64,000 nt of DNA from Mobula hypostoma (Eukaryota), in contig NC_086097.1 in assembly GCF_963921235.1 (NCBI RefSeq), forward strand, positions 180,174,001-180,238,000. Direction: 5' to 3'. The translations under genes and the position numbers were made by a program. Below, in pieces: positions 24,350 to 36,378 of this stretch. Under the pieces are notes generated by a model, which made no database searches, was not told where the DNA came from, and saw only the letters and a list, made by a program, of their open reading frames with translations. Position 1 is the stretch's first letter. Every line of letters starts with the position of its first letter.

Positions 24350-27300
24350 CATTGCAATAGCCAGAAGACAGGATGCAGGGGAGGACTTCAAGCCAGGCTG
24401 AAACTCAGAAGAATGAGACCCTACAGATCTCATCTTGTTCTCCAGTGATTGCACATTTGCTAACATGACTGGGAACCCAAGCACAAGATTGCTGTAATAG
24501 AGGGAAGTGAGGAATTGCTGTGTTCTTTGTTTCATTGAGTCATGCCTCACTCCGGACACACCAGATGCATTGGTAAGACCGAAAGACACAGGGTAGACTT
24601 AACTGCTGATTCAGAGAAGGCAAAAGGTTGAGGTCTGTGTTTAATGATTAACTCCAGTGCTCAGATGTGGTGCTTTTGTTGTAACATAGAAAACCTACAG
24701 CACAATACAGGCCCTTTGGCCCACAATGCTGTGCCGAACATGTACCTACTTTAGAAATTACCTAGGGTTACCCACAGCCCTCTGTTTTTCTAATGTCCAT
24801 GTACCTATCCAGAAGTCTCTTAAACACCCTATCATATCTGCCTCCACCACTGTCGCTGGCAGCCTATTCCATGCACTCACCACTCTGCCCTAAAAAACAC
24901 CCCTAACATCTCCTCTGTACCTACTTCCAAGCACCTTAAAACTGTGCCCTCTTGTGTCATACTCTTGTTCCTCTTGGAGCATCTAGCAATTAAGTGCCAA
25001 CCATTCTACCTAACCAAGAGAGTTCTCCATGATTCTAACTGCAGTTTCGATAATGCCAAAAGTTGATATAAATCAGGCACTTGAGATACTGAATGTCGCC
25101 GTCACCATACAAGAAACAGTCCACCCAGACATATTTCAAATCACAGTTGGGGGCTTCAAACAGGCTTGTTTGAAGACGTCCCTGGCCAATTATCAGCATA
25201 TAACCTGCAGCACCAGGGGTCCCTAACACACCGGACCACTACTATACTACGATAAGGAATGTCTATCATTCCATGCCCGGACTGCATTTTGTCCTTCTAT
25301 CTGCATAAAGGCAGAGGCTGGAGCAAGGCTCCAGAGGCAAGGACAATAAAGAGATGGTTGCGGGAGGCAGAGGAGCAGCTACAGGACTGCTTTGAGTTCG
25401 CAGACTGGGTCGTATTCAAGGACTCAGAGAATCTGACTGAATACACCACACTTGTCACAGACTTGGAGTGTGTACCCAGAAGATCAGTCAAAGATCTGCA
25501 ATCTGCTGAGGGCCAGATCAGTGGCATTCAGGTCTGTCTGGCAACCAAGTAACGTACAAGAGGTGCAGGTAGGACGAGACCAAACTTGAATCACCAAAGG
25601 ATGCTCGACAGCTGTGGTAGGGGATGAATTCTATTACCTCTGATAAAGTGAATCCAAGTGACATAGGTAACAACAAGGCATAGCTCTCAGATGAGTTCAA
25701 AGTCTTCTATGCTTGCTTTGACTGTCAAAACATAGAGGAACCTTCACAAACTCCTACAGCCCCCGATGAAACTGTGATTTCAGTCTCTGAGGCCAACATG
25801 AGAGCATCCTTCAGGAGGGTGAACACACGGAAAGCATCCAGCCCACAAGGGGTACCTGGCTGAGTACCAAAGATACGTGCTGATCAACTGCTGGAGTATT
25901 CACCAATATCTTTATCCAGACTGCTGAGGTACCCACCTGCTTCAAACAGGCTTCAATTATAGCGGTGCCTAAGAAGAACGTGCTAACCTGTCTCAATGAC
26001 TATTGTCCAGTAGCACTTACATCCACTGTGGAGTGCTTTTGAGAGGTTGGTGATAAAACATATCAACCCCTGCCTGAGAAGTGACTTGGATCCACTCCAA
26101 TTTACCACAGCTGATGCCATTTCATTCGCTCTTCACTCAACCCTGGAATAGCTGGACAGCACAGATGCATATAGCAGGATGCTCTTTATCAACTACAAAT
26201 CGGCATTCAATATTATCATCCCTTCAAAACTAATCAATAAGCTTCAAGACCTTAACCTCAATATCTCCTTGCGCAATTGGATCCTCAATTTTGTCACTTG
26301 CAGATCCCCGTCAATTCAGATTACTGACAACATCTCTTCCACAATCTCCATCAGCACAAGTGCACCACAAGGCTGTGTGCTTAGCCCCCTGCCCCCTGCT
26401 CCTCCTGCTTTACACCTTTGGCTGAATGGCTAAACACAGGTCCAATACCATATTCAAGTTTGCTGACAACACCACTGACATACACTGAATCAAAGGTGAT
26501 GATGAATCAGCATACAGGAGGGAGATTGAAAGTCTGGCTGAGTGGTGCCCTAACAACAACCTCTTAGTCAATGTCAGCAAGACCAAGGAGCTGATTATCA
26601 TCTTCAGGAGAAGAAAACCAGAGGACCATGAGCCAGTGCTCATTGGAGGATCAGAAGAAGAGTGTCAGCAACTTTAAATTCCTCTGTGTTATCTTTTCAG
26701 AAGACCTGTCCTGGGCCTAGCACACAAGTGCAATTACGAAGAAAGCACAGCAGGGCCCCAACTTCCTTGGTAGTTTGCGGAGATTCTGAATGACATCTAA
26801 AACTTTGACAAACTTCTACAAATCTGAGGTGGAGAGTATATTGATTGGCTGCATCACAACCTATGGAAACACCCATGCCCTTAAACGTTAATTCCTACAA
26901 AAAGTATTGGATACGGCCCAATCTATCACCAATAAAACCCTCCCCCCACCACCGAGCACACCTCCATGAAATACTGTCGCAAGAAAGCAACATCCATCGT
27001 TGGGGATCTCCACGACCTGAGACATGCCATCAGAAAGGTGATACAGGTACCTAAGGGCTCACATCACCAAGTTCAGGGATAGTTATCACTCTCTACCATC
27101 AGCCTCTTGAACTGTAGAGGATAACTTCACTCAACTTTATTTGCCCAAATTATTGAAATGTTCCCACAAGCTATGGACTCCACTTTCAAGGACTCTTCAT
27201 CTCATGTTCTCAATATTTATTGTTTATTTACTTATTATTATTTCTTTAATTTTGTATTTGCAGAGTTTTTTGCACTCTGCACTCTGGTTGCATTCAGGTT

Positions 27301-27410
27301 CGGCAGTTTTTTGTTGATTCTGTTATGGTTATTCTATAGACTTATTGATAATGCCCACAAGAAAATAACCCTAGGGTTGTATATGATGACATATCTACTT
27401 TGAACTCTAT
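24350..27410 (+). mobile_element. Near-full-length decayed Rex1/Babar-type LINE ORF; interrupted by a - strand CR1 3' end (~24684-24955)
   Basis: [58 protein letters not shown]; tail ending ctttgaact. Confidence 0.8.
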
Positions 27411-29140
27411 ACCTGCTCAGCCCACTATTCTACTTCTGTACACCCATAACGGTATGGCCAAGCACAGCTCAAATGCCATCTATAAAAATTGTTGATGACA
27501 CAATTTGTTGGCAGAATTTCAAATGGTGACGAGGAGTTGTTCAGGAGTGAGGCAGATCAGCTGGTTCAGTGGTGTAACAACAACCTTGCACTCAACATCA
27601 GTAAGACAAAGGAATTGTTTGTGGACTTCAGGAAGGGGAAGTCGAGGGAACACACCAAGTCCTCATCAAGTTTTAAGTTCCTGGGTGTCAACCTCTCTAA
27701 AAATCTATCCTGGGCCCAACATTTTGTTGCAATTACAAAGAAGGCTCGACAGCATCTATATTTCATCAGGAGTTTTAAGACACTTGGTATGACACCAAAG
27801 ACTCTTGCAAATTTCCACAGATATACCATGGAGAGCATTTTAACTGGCTGTATCACCATCTGATATGGAGGTGCCACAGGACAGGATCAAGAAAAAGCTG
27901 CAGAAATTTGTAAACTCAGCCAACTCCATCATGGGCATTAGTCTTCCCAGCATTGGGGACATTTTCAATACAGGATGCCTTAAAAAGGCAGCATCGTCAT
28001 TAAGGACTCCATCACCCAGGACGTGCCCTTTTCTTATTGCTACTATCAAGGAGGTGGTACAGAAGCTTGAAGACACACACTCAACGCTTTAGGAGCAGCT
28101 TCTTCCCTTCTACCATTAGATTTCCGAATCGACAATGAACCCATGAACACTACCTCAATACTTTTTTTGCTCTCTTTTTGCACTACTTATTCAATTTAAT
28201 TTTTTTAATACAGTGGATTCCGATTAATGTGGAGACATCGGGACCAGCACATTTTGGCCCGATTAAGTGTCTGCCCTAATTAGCTGAAGTTTCATGGAAA
28301 TTGTTAAAAAGCATTATAAAAAGACAAACTACCATTTAAATACATTTAATTATGTATTTAAATGAAAGCCAAACAAAGTAGAACACTATCAATACTATAC
28401 AGCCCTACAGAACTGTGTATTCATTCCTAATAGTCATCGACAGAGGAATTAATCCAGAGTATGCTGCCATTTTCTTTTGATTGACTGTAGATAAAGAAAG
28501 TCAGTGCAGACACCTAGTGTAAATAATGGACTGCCTTCATAGATTCCTTTTGACGATTGCACCTTCCAAATCCTTATCATCATTGTAACATTCAAGATGA
28601 TTGTTGATAATCTTTTAATACTTCGAGGTTCCTAACTTGTTGAATAGTGAAATTGTTTCATTTTCCCTCCTGGCCGTTTCTGGCATCAAGTCTGAATGCT
28701 TGAAAACGTAGTAAGCAAAACAGCTCTGAATTTTCTTCCTGTTTATTTCTCACCAATTATCTAACACAAAGAACAATGCTTTTTGAACACAGATATAACT
28801 GACACTATTTAAAAACTGTTGGCTCTAAGCACTGTGTAGCAGACACCACACAAGGACACGTGACTGACACCAAGTAGCAATTGTTCAGCAATAGTCTCCT
28901 GTCCCAATTAAGCAGAATAATGTTCCAAATAAATGAAGGGAATCCTAGCTACTTTCATTATTAGTTTTTGCCCAAATAAGTGGCTGTCCCGATTAACCAA
29001 TAGTCCAATTAACCAGAATCCAATGTCTATTTCTTATTAAAATTTATAGTTCTTCTTTGTTATCATGTATTGCAATGTACTGCTGCCACAAAACAACAAA
29101 TTTCATAACGTATGCCAGTGATATTAAATCTAATTCTAAT
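27410..29140 (+). mobile_element. Second 5'-truncated Rex/Babar LINE in tandem; tail split by a MITE
   Basis: WCNNNLALNISKTKELFVDFRK; FKFLGV; KKARQHLYFIR; ESILTGCIT. Confidence 0.78.
28211..29025. mobile_element. Tigger/pogo-like (Tc1-mariner) non-autonomous element
   Basis: TA|CAGTGGATTCCGATTAAT ... ATTAACCAGAATCCAATG imperfect TIRs; right flank is TC rather than TA. Confidence 0.7.
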
Positions 29141-29607
29141 TCACATCTTCTTGTAGCTCTTTCCACATATCCATCACACTGTCAGAAAATTGTCTTTCAG
29201 CTCCCCTTTAAATCTCACCCTTCATCTTAAATTTCTGCCTTCTAGTTTCAGGCTTCCCTACCCTGGGGGAAAAAGACCATGACCTTCCACTTTATCCGTC
29301 ATGTGTCTTTAAACCTCTGTAACATCACCTATCAGCCTACTACACTTCAAGAGAAAAGCACTATTCAGTCAGTCTCTACTTATAATTCCAACCCTCCATC
29401 CTGGTAACATCCTCATGAATCTTTGCTGCACCCTCACCAGTTTAATGACATACTTCCACGTGGCCTCTGCTTCCTTCGATTTTACCAGTTGATCCTTTTT
29501 CCAGAATCCAGTGGTTCCCATTGAGTCAACGAGCTACACAACACAGGAACAGGCTCTTTGGCCCAACTCATCCATGCTGACCAAGTTGGCCAACCAGTCC
29601 TGCTTAC

Positions 29608-29727
29608 CTTTTTCTCAGTGAAGACAGATAGGACGTGGGTGTACATGTCTGACTGGTCAATAACAGCTTGCGTTCGCACTGGCCTCTTCTGGGCAGAACT
29701 GCTGCGGCCAGCTCCCGACTCCATGGT
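29608..29727 (-). CDS. RMC1: RMC1 exon ~15
   Basis: tag|TMESGAGRSSSAQKRPVRTQAVIDQSDMYTHVLSVFTEKK|gtaagc. Confidence 0.93.
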
Positions 29728-30289
29728 CTACACAGAAGAAGAACAGCCAGTTATTGCCATGGAGCTGGTAAAATTCACACTCACTCCCTCCAGCTTGGCT
29801 TAGTGTGGGAATGAACATTTGTATTCCAAGGCTTTTAGTCTGTCTTTAATTCATTAAGCCCATTTTAAAATATCTCTGCCATGCTGACTTCAAAATCCTG
29901 AAAGATACAGAATGTATTATAAAGCAACTTTGAAAGCTGTTGATGAATAATAAGGAAAGGGATTCTGTTTATCACCTATGATTTAAATCCTTCCATTTCA
30001 GCTCTAATTATTGAGGCACATACAATAGTAACATTTAAGAAGCACATGGAGGGGCTGAGTATGAGACTAACTGGGTGGGCACCGTGGTTACTGTGGACTG
30101 GTTGAACTAAAGGACCTGTATCCATGGTGTATTGCTCTATGAGAGTACACACAGGACAGACATGGGGCCTTTTCAAAGGCATTGGGTCATGAATCTAAAC
30201 CGAAGGGGAGGGGGTTTGTCCCTGTGTTCTGAGACAAACAATGTAAATATAACTGATCTGAATGATGATACAGAGGGATCCTGGGATGC

Positions 30290-30940
30290 AAGGTCACAGC
30301 TCCCTGAAAGAGGCCGTTCAGGTTGACAGGATGATAGATAGAGGCATACTGCATGCTTTCCTGCATTGGTCAGAACATTGAGTGCAAAAGTCAGCAAGTC
30401 ATGTTGCAGCTGTATAAAACTTTGATCAGGCTGCATTTGGAGTATTGTGTTTCACTTCTAGGGTCACCTCATAATAGGAAATGTATGGAGTCTTTGGAAA
30501 GGTTGCAAAAGAAGTTCTCCAGGATTCTGCTGGATTAGAGGGCATGTGCTACAAGGAGAAGTTGGGGTTCTCTCTAGAGCAGCAATGGATGATAGCAGGT
30601 GTACTACAAGCTTATAAACTCATGAGAGACATAGATAGGGTAGACAGTTTGAATCTTTTCTCCAAGGTAGAAATATCAAATACCAGAGTAAAGACTTTTA
30701 AGGAATAAGGAACATTTGCGTATGTGCAGGGCAAGTTTTTATTACACAGAGTGGTAGTTGCCTAGAATGGGCTTCCAGAGGTATTGGTGGTGGAGGAAGC
30801 AAATAGAGGCATTTCAGAAGCTGTTAGACATATGCATATGCAGAGATGGGAGGTACCTGGATCATATGCAGGCAGAATAGTTTTAATTTGGTATCATGGT
30901 GTACAGATGGTGTAAATCCACAGACTTGTCCTGTGCTAAG
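30290..30940 (+). mobile_element. CR1 LINE 3' fragment (a - strand CR1 3' fragment follows at ~30970-31445)
   Basis: VMLQLYKTLIRLHLEYCV; ESLERLQKKF. Confidence 0.75.
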
Positions 30941-31446
30941 TTAAGAATTAACAATAGTACAGATAGTACCAGTTGTTCAGCCACAATGTTATGCTGATAT
31001 TTTAACATACTCCAAGATCATTCTAATACTGTACTTCCTTCCTACATAGCCCTTCATTTTTCTTTTATCCATGTGCTCATCTAAGAGTCTCTTAAAAATT
31101 CCTGATGTATCTGTCGCTGTCACCAACCCTTGCACATTACCTTTACACCAACGTTTCCACACACTTACCACTGTGTAAAAACTACCACTGACATCCCCCT
31201 TATACTTTCCACCAATTTTACCTTAAAATTATGCCCTCTTGTATTCACCATTTCCACCCTGGGATAAAGATGCTGGCTGTCTATTCTACTAATACTTCTT
31301 ATCATTGTATACATCTGTCAAGTCACCTCTCACACTCTTTTACTCCAAACAGAAAAACCCTAGCTCACTCAACCTTTCGTCAAAAGACATGCTCTCTAAT
31401 CCAGACAGTATCCTGGTAAAACTCCTCTACACCCTCTCTAAAACTC

Positions 31447-31740
31447 CAAGTCAAGTCAAGTCAAGTCGCTTTTTACTGTCATTTTGACCATAAACTGCTG
31501 GTACACAGTAAAAACAAAACAACATTCCTCCAGGACCCTGGTGCTACATGAAACAACACAAAACTACACTAGACTATGTGAGACAACACAAGGCTACACT
31601 AGACTACGTAAAATAACACAAAAACTACACTAGACTACAGACCTACACAGGACTACATAAAGTGCACAAAACAGTGCAGGGCAGTACAATAATTAATAAA
31701 TTAATAAATAAATAATAAACAAGACAATAAGCACAGTAGA
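31447..31740 (-). repeat. LINE-like 3' tail with (CAAGT)n microsatellite and three ~30-bp tandem units
   Basis: caagtcaagtcaagtcaagt; ctacactagacta at 31564, 31594, 31625. Confidence 0.65.
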
Positions 31741-31744
31741 GGCA

Positions 31745-32757
31745 TCATCTTATACACCTTGATCAGGTCACCTCTCATCCTCCGTCACTCCAAGGAAAAA
31801 AGGCCAAGTTCACTCAACCTATTCTCATTAGGCAACATCCTTGTAAATCTCCTTGGCACGCTTTCTATGGTTTCCACATCCTTCCTATAGTGAGGTGACC
31901 AGAATTGAGCACAGTACTCCAAGTGGGGTCTGACCAGGGTCTTATATAGCTTCAGCATTACCTCTCAGTTCCTAAACTCAATCCCACGACTGATGGAAGG
32001 CCAATGCACCGTATGCTTTCTTAACCACAGTGTCAAACTGCATAGCAGCTTTGAGTGTCCTATGGGCTCAGACCCCAAGATCCCTCTGATCCTCCACACT
32101 GCCAAGAGTCTTGCCATTAATACTATATTCTGTCATCATACTTGACCTACCAAAATGAACCACCTCACACTTATTTGGATTGAACTCCATCTGCCACTTC
32201 TCAGCCCAGTTTTGCATCCTATCAATGTCCCGCTGTAACCTCTGACAGCCCTCCACACTAGTCCAACACCTCCAACCTTTGTGTCAACAGCAAATTTACT
32301 AACCCATCCCTCCACTTCCCCATCCAGGTCATTTATAAAAATCATGAGGAGTATGGATCCCAGAACAGATCCCTGAGGCACACCACTGGTCACTGACCTC
32401 CATGCAGAATATGACCCATCTACAACCACTCTTTGCCTTCTGTGGGCAAGCCAGTTCTGGATCCATAAAGTAATGTCCCCTTGGATCCCATGCCTCCTTA
32501 CTTTCTCAATAAGCCTTGCAATGGGTACCCTGTCAAATGCCTTACTGAAATCCATATACACTACATTTACTTCTCTACCTTCATCAATGTGTTTAGTTAC
32601 ATCCCCAAAAAATTCGATCAGGCTCATAAGGCACAACCTGCCTTTCTCAAAGCCATGCTGACTATTCCAAATCATATTATGCCTCTCCAAATGTTCATAA
32701 ATCCTGCCTCTCAGGATCTTCTCCATCAACTTACCAATCACTGAAGTAAGACTCACG
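31745..32757 (-). mobile_element. CR1 RT fragment, same family as 9229-12578
   Basis: SLTSVIGKLME; QHGF; DFSKAFD; SGVPQGSVLG; KFAVDTK. Confidence 0.9.
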
Positions 32758-33094
32758 AGAAACCTGCGGCAACTTTACACACCATCGACAACACCACCAA
32801 CTTTCATGTCATCTACAATCTTCGAAAGAAAGTTTAACCTCCTTCCCAAAAAAATCTGACAGAATGGCAATTTTTTTTCCTTTCTGAAAAGGACACAAAA
32901 CAGCAAACTTCCTCAAAACATAAGAATATAAGAAATAGGAGCAGGAGTAGGCCATCTGGCCCGTCAAGCCTGCTTCGCCTTTCAATAAGATCATGGCTGA
33001 TCTGACCATGGACTCATCTCCACCTACCTGCCTTTTCCCCAAAACCCTCAATTCCCCTGAACTGCCTTGAAGTGTTTTGGACACAATTTCTCAC

Positions 33095-33201
33095 CAGGGT
33101 ATAGTTCTGGTCAGCTTCCAGATATTCTTTGTAGACTTGATTGAGTTTATCAAACACAGTGGCAATCACGAGCAAACTCCCACGCTTTTCCACAGTCAGC
33201 A
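33095..33201 (-). CDS. RMC1: RMC1 exon ~14
   Basis: cag|(M)LTVEKRGSLLVIATVFDKLNQVYKEYLEADQNYTL|gtgaga. Confidence 0.92.
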
Positions 33202-34253
33202 CTGCAATTAAAAAATGAAATTGAGATACTGCAATCACGGTAGGCTGATAACAATGTTTAAGTGACAGCCAGTGCAACCTCACACCTGCAATAAAGGGTA
33301 AACATTCACCCTTGGAGAACACTTGCATCAGTTCATTGCAATGGCTGGTCAAATCTTAAACATCATTTATCTGTAGTCCTGTTTAAAGAGGACGTTGATA
33401 TTCCCAGCAGAGGAGACATTTGAAAGTCAGAGCCACTGACAACGAGTGATGACACTCAAGGCCTGAGTTATCGTGTTGGACAGGACTTCATTCTTTGGAG
33501 TTTTAATGAGGGTTGACCTTACAGAGATGTATAAAATCATGAGAGCATAGATCAGATGAATGCACACAGTGCTTTTCCTTAGGAAAGGGAATCAAAAACT
33601 AGAAGAATAGGTTGAATGTGAAAAGGGAAAGATTGAAAAGGGACCTGAAGGACAACTTTTTCATGCAGAGTATGGTGGGTTGGTGGTGGGTTAGTGGAAA
33701 CTACTGTCAGAAGTAGGTACAATAACAACACTTAAAAGATATTTGGTCTGGTACATGGATGAGAAAGATTTAGAGGGATATGGGCAAGCAAATAAGATTA
33801 GTTTAGATGGGCATCTTGGTTGGCATGGATGAGTTGGACTGTTCATGTGCTGTACTCTACATTTCTATGATTCTAGCTAGATTCAAGTTCTCCATTCTGT
33901 GTCCGGAGCTGAGAACCTCTTGACTCAGGAGTGAGGATGCCACCACTGCAATCAACGCAGATTCTACACTCAAAAATAAATACAAACCAGATCAATTCAA
34001 TGTGCCTCTTAAAATTTAAGACTTTACTGAATGCACTGGAACAATAACAGTAGCAATTCATCAGACATTTCTTTTCTCACTTTGAACCTGTATGAACCCC
34101 ACAGAAAGACCCGAGCAATAAAGAAATAAAACATCCAAGGTATTAAAGATTCTGAATAAATTGAGCAGCTCTCTCCTCTATAACTGAACATAATTGAAAT
34201 TAAAACCCCCAAAGAACAGTTAGGAATTCTTTCACCAGCAGCCCACTACTCAC

Positions 34254-34382
34254 TCTCTGAACACACAGACAAAATGACCATTTTACAGTCCTTCCGCTGT
34301 AGAAGGAAATCCATCAGCCGACCTCTGTCTTGAAGCATGTGTACTATAGGTTGCAGCTTTATCTGGAGGCACCACAAATAAC
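34254..34382 (-). CDS. RMC1: RMC1 exon ~13
   Basis: cag|(G)YLWCLQIKLQPIVHMLQDRGRLMDFLLQRKDCKMVILSVCSE|gtgagt. Confidence 0.93.
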
Positions 34383-34668
34383 CTGTCAAGAATCCACAAA
34401 CCAATTAATTAAAACCAAAAGAAGCAAAAGGAAGGAATTGATGCTAAACGTTTATGATTCCTGGTTATGTGCAGCCAGAGAAAAGTCCAAAAGTATAGCT
34501 TTAAAGAACCCACCCATCCTGGACATTCTCTCTTCACCTTCCCCAACCTCCCCCCTACCCCCGACCAAACCTAGCAGAAGATACAAAAGCCAGAAAGCAC
34601 GTACCACCAGGTTCAAGAACAGCTTCTATCTCACTGTTATTGTCTACTCAACAATCCTCTAGTACAAA

Positions 34669-35260
34669 CAAGAGAAAATCTGCAGATGCTGGAAATCCAA
34701 GCTACACACACAAAATGCTGGCGGAACTCAGCTGGCCAGGCAGCATCTATGGAAAAGAGTACAGTTGACATTTCAGGCTGACACCTTTCATCAGAATTGG
34801 AAAAAAGAAGAGGAGTCAAAGTAAGAGAGTGGGGGGGGGACATAGTTTAATTCCACTTCCCATTCCCATATGTCAGTCTGGCCTCCTCTAACGTTGTGAT
34901 GAGCCGACCCTCAGGTTGGAGGAGTAATACCTTACATTCCGTCTGTGTAGCTTCCAAATTGATGGCATGAACATCGATTTCTCCAACTTCTGGAAATCCA
35001 ACCTCCCCCAACCCCCGCCTTCACCATTTCCCTCTCTCATTTTATCTCCTACTTGCCTATCACCTCCCTCTGGTGCTCCTCCTCCTTTTCTATCTTCCAT
35101 GGGCTTCTGCTCTCAATCAGATTCCCACTTCTCCAGCCCTGTATCTCTTTTACAAATCAACTTCCCAGCTCTTTACTTCCTGCTTTCACCTATCACCTTG
35201 TGGCTCGTCCTCCATTCTCCCCACTCTTACTCCTGACTCCTCACCTTTTTTCCCAATCCC
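34669..35260. mobile_element. Penelope-derived element with inverted terminal arm carrying a hammerhead core; inserted in a Rex 3' fragment
   Basis: TSD ctagtacaaa at 34659-34668 and 35261-35270; inverted match ~34797-34835 vs ~35218-35258; similar to 18240-18520. Confidence 0.75.
34762..34799 (-). ncRNA. Minimal type I hammerhead ribozyme motif (partly decayed)
   Basis: caatt CTGATGA a agg tgtcag cct GAAA t GTC aactg. Confidence 0.65.
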
Positions 35261-36324
35261 CTAGTACAAAAAGATAGACTCTGATCTCACAATCTACACC
35301 TCTTCATGGCCTTGTGCCTTATAGCACACCACTTTCTCTGTATCTGTGACACTTTAATCTGCATTGTTATTGTTTTACCTTGTACTACCTCGATGCATTG
35401 TTGTAATGATTTGATCTGAATAGATGATATGCAGGGCAAAGTTTTCCACTGTCCTTCAGTACGTGTGACGATAATAAACCAGTTCACCAATTTACATTTG
35501 AAGCCTCCAGCTAAAAAGGCTGTACTGAGAGTCTGTTACTAACAGATTTAATCAATGATTAAAATGAAATTCTTTATCCAGAAATTGGGGGAAATAAAGG
35601 TCTTGTCCTTGCACTTCAGTGCAGACTAGATAAATACCAGAGGGAGCAAATAATAAAAGAATATGCTAATCTTGGGAGATTTTGAACAGCGTGCAGAGAA
35701 TCATTTGAAGCTAAAACACTGCACAGACCAGTTTGGCAAGTGTCAGTAATGTGAAATCTCACAGTACAAAAAAACTAATTGCGGTCATCTCCACAGCAAA
35801 GCTACACGCATTATTTCCTTGTCCTCTACTACCAGTGCAGAGTACATCATTTTCAAAATACACTGGGGTTCTTCACCAGGCTACTCCCACAGGACTTCCC
35901 ATCACCTCAATTACCAAGGAGGATGAGGGTGGTAGATGTGAGTAGACCACCAGCTGTAGGTTCCCCTCTCAGTAACATATCATTCAGATTTGGGGGAAAT
36001 AGCAATGGTTGTTTGTCGTCACTGCTACTGGAACTCCCTCCCAATAGCACGGAGGGAGCACCTTACTGCAGCATTTCACGAAGCCAGTTCACCCACACCT
36101 CTCAAGGTATACCCCCAAAATGTTAATGAATAAAAAAGGAGAAAATGAGAATGAGATGTACGTTTTATCCACAATGCCCCAGTGCTCTGGATTTACATCT
36201 AAAGCTGCCACTGTAATAACTGGGTGACATGACACAGATCATTCCCAACTCTGATTCCAATGCCCAGAGCAGTCAGGCAATGTACTGAACATTGTAAAAT
36301 AAATTCATCTAAGGATCCACCCAC

Positions 36325-36378
36325 CTTCACTGGCATTGATGATGATGTCAGGCTGAAACACACTCCAGGAAGAAGAAT
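36325..36378 (-). CDS. RMC1: RMC1 exon ~12
   Basis: tag|(Y)SSSWSVFQPDIIINASE|gtgggt. Confidence 0.9.

Noticed and set aside
31550..31640. Short direct repeats with ~30-bp period, superficially CRISPR-like
   Set aside because: Intervening sequences resemble each other; vertebrate intron and retroelement tail; no cas genes
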